Under the pieces are notes generated by a model. The model saw nothing but the letters and a program-made list of their open reading frames with translations, did not search any database and had not been told where the DNA came from. This document shows positions 9,843-18,454 of a stretch of DNA of 64,000 bases, one piece after another. Numbering within the stretch: the stretch's first letter is position 1; the number at the start of each line of letters is the position of its first letter. This DNA is from an uncultured delta proteobacterium (GTDB taxonomy: Bacteria; Desulfobacterota; Binatia; HRBIN30; BPIQ01): contig CAVXGR010000018.1 of NCBI GenBank assembly GCA_963761335.1, forward strand, positions 928,001 through 992,000, given 5' to 3'. The translations under genes and the position numbers were made by a program.

Positions 9843-11873
9843 ATGAGCGCGGCGCGAAGCTATGCGCTGCTGCTTCGCGCCGTGACCCGGATCGCGCGCG
9901 GCGAGCGGTTGGAAGGATGGCGCGATGCCTGCCGAGCAATCGAGGGCGGGGCGCCGGAGCTGGCGCAGCTCGTCGCCTCACGCCTCTTCTTTCTTCTCGG
10001 CGACTACCGCGGCGCGCTCGCCGCTTCGAGGAGGGCAAATGATTCCGGCCCGGTGCCGGCGGCGCTGCTCCGCTATGAGCAGGCGCGCGATCTGGGCTCG
10101 TACCACGAAGCCTGCGCCGTTCTCGATGGCGTGCTGCGTGCCGCGCCGTCTGTGAAGTCGGACGGGGGTTCCGCAACGACGTCCGCCGCCGCCCTCGATC
10201 GCGCCGCCGAATACCTGCTGGCCCTCTACTTTGCCGCTCGCCATGACGAGGCGGCCGCGGCGATTCTCGAGCAGTACCTCTCGCCGCCGCGCGGCTCGGC
10301 GTGGGCCCACCTTCAGGCAGCGCGGCTGTACGCTCGCCGCGGGCAGTCGGAGAAGGGGCGGGGGGCCGTCCGCAAGGCCCTGGCGTCGGCAAGGATGACG
10401 TCCTCGACGCGGCTGGAAGCGGCGGAGGCCCTGCTCGAGCTCGGCGCCTTCGACGAGGCTCGTGCCATCTACGAGACCATCGCCGGCCAGGACGCTGGCT
10501 CGACACCGGCGCTGGAGGCGCTCGGTCGCCTGTGTCTGTGGATGGGAGACTTGGAAGGTGCGCTCTCCTACGCCGAACGTCTCTGTGCCGCCGCTGCCGG
10601 GAGCACCGCGGGACGGCGGATGCGGGCCGCCGTGTCCCTGCTGCGCGGCAGCCCGGCGGCGGCTCTCGCCGACCTCGATGCGGCCCTCGCCGAGAATCCC
10701 CGCGACGGCGAGGCGTACCTGTGGCGCGCTGAGGCGCGGCTGCGGATGGGGCGCAGAGAAGAGGCCTACGCCGACGTGGATCGCAGCCTACAGCTGGGAT
10801 ACTCGTTCGCGGCGCGCGCCATTCGCCTGCTCGCCGGACTGATTCCGGGAGGCGCGGTCGTTGAAGCCACGTACCAGGAGCTGATCGCCGAGCTCACCGG
10901 GATGTTCGCCGATGCCGGCGAGATTCTCGCCGGGAACAGCGCCGATCGCCTCGGGGCGCTGCTCGAGCGCGCCCTCGTCGCCATGCGCGGCAACCGCACG
11001 CCGCTGGCGACCTGGGTGCGCGACGATGGCTCGTTGGCCCGTTTGCCGCAGTCGACCTCGGTGCGCGCCGCAGCGCGGCAGGCGATGGAGCTGATCAAGG
11101 TGGCGCCAGCCGCGGAGGCATTGCGGCGGCTCGATGAGCTGGTGGCTCGCTTTCCCGATTCGGCGATGCCTCTCGTCCACCGCGGCGAGCTGCAGCTGTG
11201 GCTGGGCAACTATGCTGAGGCGCGCGCCGACCTCGAGGGAGCGATCGCCGTGCGCAGACAGACGCGCTGGGCCTGGTACGGGCTCGCCTGCCTGGATCTG
11301 ATCGACGGCGACCCGGCGCGTGCTCTCGACACATGCGCCGCCGGGATCGCTGTCATGTACAACACCGAGGGGCCCGCCGCCTTCCTGTACCGCGGCGAGG
11401 CCTGCCGGCTGCTCGGCCGGCTCGAGGAATCCCGCCGGCAGCTGCAGCTCTCGTGTGAGAGCAACCCGACGCGGCTCTCGGCGTGGATCAATCTCGCCCT
11501 GGCGCACGGCGCCGCCGGAGACCGGGCCGCCCAGCGCCAGCTGTTCCAGCAGCTGGTGCACAGGGCGCCCGCTCTCCTCTCCGAGGCGGCCGCGGGGCTC
11601 GGGGAAGAGGCCTTTCGCGCCGCCGTCATCGAAGGATACTTCGATCCCCGGGGCCAGGCCCCCCCGCCGGAGGTGATCGATCGGGTGCTGGAGCAAGTGC
11701 TGCGTATGATGCGGGGCAATCGCTCCTCGAGCTGCGTTACCTACTTTACCGAGGACGGGCAGCTCCGCCACGTCCCACAGGACGTCACCGGTATCCACTT
11801 CGACGGCCCCACCGAGGAGCGGACACTCGCCAGGATGGCCCAGGTGCTGAGGCGGGCGATCGAGGGCCGCTGA
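9843..11873 (+). CDS. Tetratricopeptide repeat protein
   Basis: Multiple Ala/Leu-rich helical repeats (AYLWRAEA, VHRGELQLWLGNYAEA, LYRGEACRLLGRLEE); duplicated MRGNR motif. Confidence 0.8.
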   Translation: MSAARSYALLLRAVTRIARGERLEGWRDACRAIEGGAPELAQLVASRLFFLLGDYRGALAASRRANDSGPVPAALLRYEQARDLGSYHEACAVLDGVLRAAPSVKSDGGSATTSAAALDRAAEYLLALYFAARHDEAAAAILEQYLSPPRGSAWAHLQAARLYARRGQSEKGRGAVRKALASARMTSSTRLEAAEALLELGAFDEARAIYETIAGQDAGSTPALEALGRLCLWMGDLEGALSYAERLCAAAAGSTAGRRMRAAVSLLRGSPAAALADLDAALAENPRDGEAYLWRAEARLRMGRREEAYADVDRSLQLGYSFAARAIRLLAGLIPGGAVVEATYQELIAELTGMFADAGEILAGNSADRLGALLERALVAMRGNRTPLATWVRDDGSLARLPQSTSVRAAARQAMELIKVAPAAEALRRLDELVARFPDSAMPLVHRGELQLWLGNYAEARADLEGAIAVRRQTRWAWYGLACLDLIDGDPARALDTCAAGIAVMYNTEGPAAFLYRGEACRLLGRLEESRRQLQLSCESNPTRLSAWINLALAHGAAGDRAAQRQLFQQLVHRAPALLSEAAAGLGEEAFRAAVIEGYFDPRGQAPPPEVIDRVLEQVLRMMRGNRSSSCVTYFTEDGQLRHVPQDVTGIHFDGPTEERTLARMAQVLRRAIEGR

Positions 11874-11952
11874 GGGCCCCGGAGCGATCTCAACTTGACT
11901 CTGTCATCTGGGCGGTGGTACGACCCTGAGGGTCACCCCACCAGGCCATGCG

Positions 11953-14151
11953 ATGCCTGAGCCGATCTATTTCCACAGCGATCTCTACAGGCGCGAGGCC
12001 CTGGAGCTTGCCGCCGACAAGTTCCGGCGCAAGGCGCGCGTCGAGCTCGGGGAAGACGGCTCTTACGTAGTTGCGCGGCTCGAGCCGTTGCGGCCCGAGG
12101 AGGACTCCGGGAACCTGCGCGATGAGTTCTGCACCGAGGTCTTCTCCGCAACCGCCCGTACCCTCCGGGAGCTGACGCCCGGGGACGCCGGAAGGCGGCA
12201 GACGGTTGCGGCGGATGGGTCGCCGCCGTGGGGTCTCCTGGAGCCGTTTGCCGAAGGCGCGTCTCTCGGCCTCGGCTGGGTGCTGGAATCGCTGAGCCCG
12301 GCGCGCGCCGGTGCCGCCACCATGATGCTCCGCCACCAGAGTGGCGGGTCCGCCCGCGTCGCCATCCGCCGCAACGGCGGCGCGCCGCTGGGCATCGCCC
12401 ACACGGACCGGCTGGACTTCATGCTGATGAACGGCGGTGGCGGCACGGCGCACACCGACGACTCGATCGGTCGCGTGCTCGTCGCCTTCGCCGAGGTCCT
12501 CCAGACAAATGTGCGGCCCGGCGACGATCTCCTGGCGGAGCTGACGGCGCACGCGGAGACGGGCGCCGCCGGCGGAGCGGTGAATGGCGCCGGGGCGGGA
12601 GCCGGAGCCCGCGCCAGGCGCGTCGCCCCGCGAATCGATCTCGAGCAGGAGACGATCGCCTTCGATTTCGAAGAAGCGGGTGTCAGCCGCCTGGCGCTGT
12701 ACGATGCGGTGCTGTCGTTTGCGAATCGCTGCTACGTCTTCATGTCGCGGCAGGACCCGAATCGCATCGCCGTGCGGGTGCGCTGCAGGGAGGACGCGTC
12801 GCCCGAGGCGCTCAAGACCCTGGCGGCGGAGCTGACGCGGGCACTCAACCAGGTCATGCGCAACGGCGCCGGCAGCTCCGCCTCCGGCGGTGCCGAGGCG
12901 CGCAGCGGACTGCGGCCGCTGGCGCGACAGCGGCTCGATCTCGAGGATCTTCTCACCGAGCTGGAGGCTGCCGACCCTGCCACTCTGGGTCTGGGGTTTC
13001 AGCCGGAGCGAGGCCCGGGACACGAAGGCCTCCGCGTGCTCAACATCCGTGGCACCGGCGCCTGCAACAGCGACTGCGTCTTCTGCGTCGAGAAGTTCGA
13101 TCCGGCGCACCGCTCGATGCCGAAGGCCGACCTCACGCGTCAGTTCATTCTCGACTCCGCCGGTGAGTTCGACATGCTCTTCTTTGCCAGCGGCGAGCCG
13201 ACCATTCATCCGAAGCTCTTCGAGTACGTCGAGCTCGGCAAGAGCGTCGGCTTCACCAGCTTCGGCATGTCGTCGCATTTTCGCACTCTCGCCGACCCGC
13301 GCTATGCATTGAAGCTGTTGCAGGCAGGTTTCGAGTACTTCGACATTTCTCTGCACGCCGCCGACGCCGCCTCCCAGCTCGACGTCAACCCGATCGGCGA
13401 CGGCGGGCGGTCGCTCTTCGAGGCCCTCAAGGGGCTCGCGGTGCTGTATCGCCTGGCGTCGGCCCTGGGCATCCGCATCAGCGTCACCCAGAAGATCGTG
13501 GTCACGCGGCTGAACGTGACGCAGCTCGAAGAGATCTTCCAGGCGACATACGACCGCGGCGTGCGGCATTTCATTCTGCAACCGGTGCGCGCCATGAATC
13601 TCGACCCGGAGCGCCGCGCCCTCGTGGATATCTCCGAGGAGGAGATTCTGCCCCATCTGAACGAATTTCTGCGGCGTACCCAGGGAAGCGGAGCGGTCGT
13701 CAAGCCGTATGGCTTCGCGCGCCATGGCCTCTTTTCGGGCGAGCACGTGGAGACCGAGCAGAACCGGGTCAAGAACGTCTACGGAAAGGTCCGCGGCTCC
13801 GGAGCTCGTCGCGAGATGCCGGCAGCACAGGAGGTGCGGCCGGCGGACGGGCGCCACTGGGTCGAGGTCCGCATGTCCGACTCGGGCTATCGATGCGGAT
13901 TCCCCTCGTCCGGAGACGTGCCCCTGCTGGACGACGCCCTGCAGAGCGGCTTCGAGCTTCCGTTCGGCTGTCGCATGGGCTCATGCGGAATGTGCTGTGC
14001 CCGTCTTCTCGAGGGTCGCGTCGATCAGAGCGGTCAGTTCTTCCTCAACGAGGAGCAGGTTCGAGACGGCTTCGTGCTCATGTGCCAGGCGCGGCCGTTG
14101 TCGGACGTCGTTCTGCGCCTGTGCACCGATGACGAGCTCGATCCGCTCTAG
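11953..14151 (+). CDS. Multidomain protein: two HxsD-like domains, radical SAM domain, C-terminal 2Fe-2S ferredoxin
   Basis: CNSDCVFC and SGEPTIHP (rSAM); GCRMGSCGMC...VLMCQARP (plant-type ferredoxin); IYFHSDLYRREALELAA and LYDAVLSFANRCYVFM resemble HxsD (lower confidence). Confidence 0.8.
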   Translation: MPEPIYFHSDLYRREALELAADKFRRKARVELGEDGSYVVARLEPLRPEEDSGNLRDEFCTEVFSATARTLRELTPGDAGRRQTVAADGSPPWGLLEPFAEGASLGLGWVLESLSPARAGAATMMLRHQSGGSARVAIRRNGGAPLGIAHTDRLDFMLMNGGGGTAHTDDSIGRVLVAFAEVLQTNVRPGDDLLAELTAHAETGAAGGAVNGAGAGAGARARRVAPRIDLEQETIAFDFEEAGVSRLALYDAVLSFANRCYVFMSRQDPNRIAVRVRCREDASPEALKTLAAELTRALNQVMRNGAGSSASGGAEARSGLRPLARQRLDLEDLLTELEAADPATLGLGFQPERGPGHEGLRVLNIRGTGACNSDCVFCVEKFDPAHRSMPKADLTRQFILDSAGEFDMLFFASGEPTIHPKLFEYVELGKSVGFTSFGMSSHFRTLADPRYALKLLQAGFEYFDISLHAADAASQLDVNPIGDGGRSLFEALKGLAVLYRLASALGIRISVTQKIVVTRLNVTQLEEIFQATYDRGVRHFILQPVRAMNLDPERRALVDISEEEILPHLNEFLRRTQGSGAVVKPYGFARHGLFSGEHVETEQNRVKNVYGKVRGSGARREMPAAQEVRPADGRHWVEVRMSDSGYRCGFPSSGDVPLLDDALQSGFELPFGCRMGSCGMCCARLLEGRVDQSGQFFLNEEQVRDGFVLMCQARPLSDVVLRLCTDDELDPL

Positions 14152-14181
14152 GGGAGACTCCGCCGGCCTCCGGCCCAGATC

Positions 14182-16014
14182 ATGCGCGTCCAGCGGGTCA
14201 TAACCAACGAGACCTGTAACCAGAACTGCTGGTTCTGCAATGCGCGGCGGCCCGTCGAGCAGGCGGATTTCGTCGCCCGGCCGGCGGTGCGCTTGCGCAT
14301 CGCCGAGGCGCGCGCCGGAGGCCCGCGCCAGATCGTGCTCACCGGCGGCGAGCCGACTCTGCGCAGCGATCTCGCCGATCTGGTGCGCCGCGCCGGCAGG
14401 GGCGGAGCGCGCGTCGTTCTCGAAACCAACGGCGCCCTCGTCGGCGAGGAGCGTGCCCGGGAGCTGGCCGCCGCCGGCCTGCACACGGCCCGCGTGCAGC
14501 TGGTCGCCTGGGGCGAGGAAGCGGCCGATGGCATCACCCGCGACCCCGGCGGCTTTGCGGCCGCCGTTCGCGGTATCCGCGCCTTTGCCGCCGCGGATGT
14601 GACTGTCGAGGTCACGGCGCCGGTGGTGCGGCGGAACCTGGAGCTCATCCCGGCTCTTCCGCGCGAGATCGGAGCCGCGAAGCTGCCGGTGGCGGCGCTC
14701 ATCCTGGTGATCCCGACCGCCAGCCCTGGCGACGGCGAGTGCGCCTCGCTCGAGGAGATCGGCCGGGCCGTCGTCGGCGTCGCCGATGCGGCCCGGCGCA
14801 CCGGACTGGCGGTTCGACTGGACCCGGCCACCTTCGTTCCGCCCTGTATCTTCGAGAAGCCGGAGCGCGTCGCGCACCTCTTCGCGCTGAACCGCGGCAA
14901 CGCCTCGCGCCCCGAGTTCGTGCACGTGGCTGCCTGCGAGTCGTGCCTGGTCAACGATCGCTGCCCTGGTCTCCCGGAAGCGGCACTGTCGGGGTCCTCT
15001 TCTCCGCCGCTCCATCCGATCGCGGAGCAGCGCCTGCGACGGCGCCTGACGGTGGTATCCACGGTCGAGGAGCAGATGGCGCGCGAGCTGGTCGGGCGCG
15101 ATGAGCTGCGCAGCAGCACGTACGGGCAGGTCGCCGAGTACACCGTGCGAGTGAACTTCCACTGCAACCAATCGTGCGAGTTCTGCTTCGTCTCCACTCA
15201 TCTGCCGCCCCCCGCAGAGACGGCGGTTCGCCAGGCGATCGAGGCCGCCGGTCGCGAGCGCGCCGTGCTGGTGCTCTCCGGGGGGGAGCCGACGCTGAAT
15301 CCGCGGCTGCTCGAGTACGTGCAGCTCGCCAAGCGCCTCGGCGTGCGTGCCGTCGAGCTGCAGACCAATGCCATTCGCCTCGCCGACCGCCAGCTCACCC
15401 GAGATCTGGTCGACGCCGGGCTGGAGCAGGCGATGGTGTCCCTGCACGGCTCGACGGCGGCCATCTCCGACGGCATCACGGGTGCTCCCGGGACATTTGC
15501 CTCTACCGTGCGCGGCATCGACGAGCTGGCTCTGACGGCGGTGCGCCTGCGGCTCAACTTCGTCTTCTGCCAGGCCAATCGCGAGGACTTCCCGCGGATG
15601 GTCGACCTGGTGGCGTCCCGCTGGCCGAATGCGGCGATCGTCTTCTCCTTCGTGGGCTCGCACACGGACGTCGTTCCGCGCACGACCACGCTGATTCCGC
15701 GGTTCACCGAGGTGATGCCGCCGCTGCTCGCCGGGCTCCGGCGCGCCCGAGCCGCCGGCCTCGAAGTCTGCGGCTTCGACTCGATGTGCGGCATGCCGCT
15801 GTGCCTGGTTCCGGAAGCGGAGCGCGCCGGATTTTCCACTCTGGCGGTCTCCGCCGACGGCGGTGGCGGCGAGTTCGTCAAGGCCGACGCCTGTGCGCAA
15901 TGCTCCGAGGGATACCGCTGCTACGGCGTTCGCCGCGGCTATGCGGATCTCTACGGCACCGCCGAGCTACAGCCGCTCTCGGCTGGCGGCGAAGTGGTCG
16001 CACCGGCGCCGTGA
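14182..16014 (+). CDS. Tandem double radical SAM protein, HxsC-like
   Basis: CNQNCWFC/TGGEPTLR and CNQSCEFC/SGGEPTLN, each followed by PxC...CxxCx5CxG. Confidence 0.9.
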   Translation: MRVQRVITNETCNQNCWFCNARRPVEQADFVARPAVRLRIAEARAGGPRQIVLTGGEPTLRSDLADLVRRAGRGGARVVLETNGALVGEERARELAAAGLHTARVQLVAWGEEAADGITRDPGGFAAAVRGIRAFAAADVTVEVTAPVVRRNLELIPALPREIGAAKLPVAALILVIPTASPGDGECASLEEIGRAVVGVADAARRTGLAVRLDPATFVPPCIFEKPERVAHLFALNRGNASRPEFVHVAACESCLVNDRCPGLPEAALSGSSSPPLHPIAEQRLRRRLTVVSTVEEQMARELVGRDELRSSTYGQVAEYTVRVNFHCNQSCEFCFVSTHLPPPAETAVRQAIEAAGRERAVLVLSGGEPTLNPRLLEYVQLAKRLGVRAVELQTNAIRLADRQLTRDLVDAGLEQAMVSLHGSTAAISDGITGAPGTFASTVRGIDELALTAVRLRLNFVFCQANREDFPRMVDLVASRWPNAAIVFSFVGSHTDVVPRTTTLIPRFTEVMPPLLAGLRRARAAGLEVCGFDSMCGMPLCLVPEAERAGFSTLAVSADGGGGEFVKADACAQCSEGYRCYGVRRGYADLYGTAELQPLSAGGEVVAPAP

Positions 16015-17846
16015 GAGAGAGCCGAGGGGCAACGCCCTGGCGGATCGCTCCGATTTTCCTGGCGCTCGCAGTCACGCTGTGCGGCTTCGTCTGGCTGAAC
16101 CGGATCAATCCGGCGTTTCGGGTGACTGACGATGCCGTCCGCGATCAGCTCCTGGCACGGGACTGCACCGATCTCGGTGACTGCCATCTGATCGGAGCGA
16201 CGGCGTCGGTCCCGGGGTTCCACCAGGGGGCGGTGTGGCTCGACCTGCTGATCGGCGTCCGACTTCTCGGGGGCAGCACGTCGACGGAGAGGATGCTGGT
16301 GTTGTCGCTGCTCGCCCTGAGCGCCGGGACGGTCTTCGTGGTGGTGTGGCATTGGCTCCGCCCCGCGATGGCGCTTCCGGCCGCCGCTCTGTACACGGCA
16401 GCGCTGAGCCTCGATCCCTATCCCAGTCTGCTGATCAACCCCAGTGCCGCCGCCTTTCCCGATGTTCTGGCAGCGGGCGGTCTGCTCTGTTACGGCCTCT
16501 GCGGGCGCCGCCGATTTCTCGTTGCCGCGGCCTTCGCCGTGGGTGTCGGTATCAACACGCATATCGGCTCGCTCAGCCTGGTGCCGCCGCTCCTGGCGAT
16601 TGCGGCCCTCGGAGGTCGGCGGCCGTGGCTCGACGTCGTCGTCTCGGCTGCCGTGCTGGCGGCCACGTGTTTGTTCACCTCGCGGGCAGCGCTGCTCGCC
16701 AACATTCAGGGTCTGGCGAGATTCGGGCACATGATGCCGGCGCTGGCTGCGGGCCTGGCCTTCGTGCTCCTGGCTTCACTCTTCGGACGTGGCTTCCGGC
16801 GCCTCTCTCCGCTGCCGTCGGCAGCGGTGATCGGCGTCGTGCTGTCTCTGCCCTTTGCTCTCGCCGCTGCGTGGCTGGTGCTCTGGCAGAGACACCAGTT
16901 CGGCATCACCTATCTGCATCCGGTTCTGGCTCCGGCCTCGGTGCTCGCCGCCGCCGTGGTGCTTTTTCCTTTCGAGCTCGGAGCGGCCTGGTACGCGCCA
17001 CTGCGATGGATCCCGAGCGCCGCCGTCCTGGTAGGGGCGGCGTTCGTGGGGGTTTCGGCGGCAAGCCCGGGGGCGTCGCCGCCGCTGGCAACCTGGACGG
17101 TGGCCGATGCCAAGGCGATCGCCGGCGAGGCGGCGAAACGCGGCTGGAGCTACGAGGACCTGACCTTCCATCTGCAGAGCGCCGACTGCCGCGAGCTGCT
17201 GGTGGTGATGTCCATCGAAGCTCCGCCACCGGAGGCGCGAGATACGGATCACGGCCGGCGGCAGCTCCAGGTCGTCGCCGTGCGGAGGCGCGACGCCAGT
17301 GCCTTTGCCGGTGCCGGGAACGTCGTATCGCTGGACGGAGGAAAGGTGGCGGTGGTGCGCGAGATCGAGTCCTGGCTGCAGCCGCAGTCGCTGCGGGCCT
17401 GTCGCCGGCCGCTCGCTTCCGGGGGATCTCCCGTTTGCATCGACGCCAAGCCGCGCCGCCGGGATCTCGGTGTCCCGGGGCAATTTCTGTTCGCGGCGCG
17501 ATCGTTCCCGGAGATCCAGGAGCTCGACTTGCCGCCGCCGTATGTCGCCAGCTACCAGATCCCGCTTGCGCCCGGCGCTGGCGAGAGCCGCCGATTCCTC
17601 ATAGCCGATCACGCCCCGCCGGGATGCCCGGGGTGGCGCATCACGCGCGCCGACGGGGTTGGCGCGGAGAGCCCACTCCCGGCCGATCAGGTGCGCTTGC
17701 ACGCGGCGAGCGGCGGCGCCGGAGTGCTGGTCATCGAGAGGCCCTTTGACGCGGGGCGCTGCGAGGCGGTGGACAGGCGGTATCCCCCGTGTGTTCTGGA
17801 GATGTCGCCCGACGATCCGCTGTGGCGGATTGCGGAGGCGGGCTGA
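16011..17846 (+). CDS. Polytopic membrane protein, GT-C (ArnT/PMT-like) fold candidate with C-terminal extracytoplasmic domain
   Basis: GTG start overlapping the upstream stop; acidic loop DDAVRDQ after the first helix, many hydrophobic segments, Cys-containing soluble C-terminus. Confidence 0.55.
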   Translation: MRESRGATPWRIAPIFLALAVTLCGFVWLNRINPAFRVTDDAVRDQLLARDCTDLGDCHLIGATASVPGFHQGAVWLDLLIGVRLLGGSTSTERMLVLSLLALSAGTVFVVVWHWLRPAMALPAAALYTAALSLDPYPSLLINPSAAAFPDVLAAGGLLCYGLCGRRRFLVAAAFAVGVGINTHIGSLSLVPPLLAIAALGGRRPWLDVVVSAAVLAATCLFTSRAALLANIQGLARFGHMMPALAAGLAFVLLASLFGRGFRRLSPLPSAAVIGVVLSLPFALAAAWLVLWQRHQFGITYLHPVLAPASVLAAAVVLFPFELGAAWYAPLRWIPSAAVLVGAAFVGVSAASPGASPPLATWTVADAKAIAGEAAKRGWSYEDLTFHLQSADCRELLVVMSIEAPPPEARDTDHGRRQLQVVAVRRRDASAFAGAGNVVSLDGGKVAVVREIESWLQPQSLRACRRPLASGGSPVCIDAKPRRRDLGVPGQFLFAARSFPEIQELDLPPPYVASYQIPLAPGAGESRRFLIADHAPPGCPGWRITRADGVGAESPLPADQVRLHAASGGAGVLVIERPFDAGRCEAVDRRYPPCVLEMSPDDPLWRIAEAG

Positions 17847-18451
17847 TGCGACGCCTTTTCGCCCTGGGCGCCGGCGCCGTCGTTGCCGCGATTCTCTCTG
17901 GAGTGATGCCGGCATCCGCGGGGGACGTGATGCTCACCCGATACAGCGAGGTGGGCTTCTTGCAGCTCATGCATCTGGCGCAGAACGGTCAGCTCGGGGA
18001 CGACGTCGTCAACGCCAACATCGGAGTGACCAAGGACCACGTGCGCGTCGAGCTGGTGCGCACCGGGGCGCCGTCGAAGGTCTTCCTGCTCTGTCCCAAG
18101 AGCGCGGCGCACGGCAGTAGTCGCTACTTCGACATCGAGCCCGGCGAAGGCGCCGCGGCCAGCGACGTCGAGCGACTCGGAAGAGCTCTGGACCGGGTGT
18201 TCGCGGAGAACCCTTTCCAGCTGGCGCCCGACTTCTTCAACGGCTCGCCGCACGGCGAAGGCATGCCCGGATTTGCGGACGTCTGGCGAGCGGCGGGCTG
18301 GAGAGGGGTAGGGCGCCTACTCGAACGCCGCATGGTTTCGCTCGCGAGCCTGCGATACACGATCGCGGTCATCGGGGGTCTGCTCATGAGTGTCCTGGCG
18401 AGCTTGTCGCTGCTGTGGGGTTCCGCGCCTCCTGCACATCTGCGGGGCTGA
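17846..18451 (+). CDS. Hypothetical exported protein with C-terminal membrane anchor
   Basis: TGATG coupling; signal peptide ending ASA; C-terminal hydrophobic helix. Confidence 0.7.
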   Translation: MRRLFALGAGAVVAAILSGVMPASAGDVMLTRYSEVGFLQLMHLAQNGQLGDDVVNANIGVTKDHVRVELVRTGAPSKVFLLCPKSAAHGSSRYFDIEPGEGAAASDVERLGRALDRVFAENPFQLAPDFFNGSPHGEGMPGFADVWRAAGWRGVGRLLERRMVSLASLRYTIAVIGGLLMSVLASLSLLWGSAPPAHLRG

Positions 18452-18454
18452 CCG

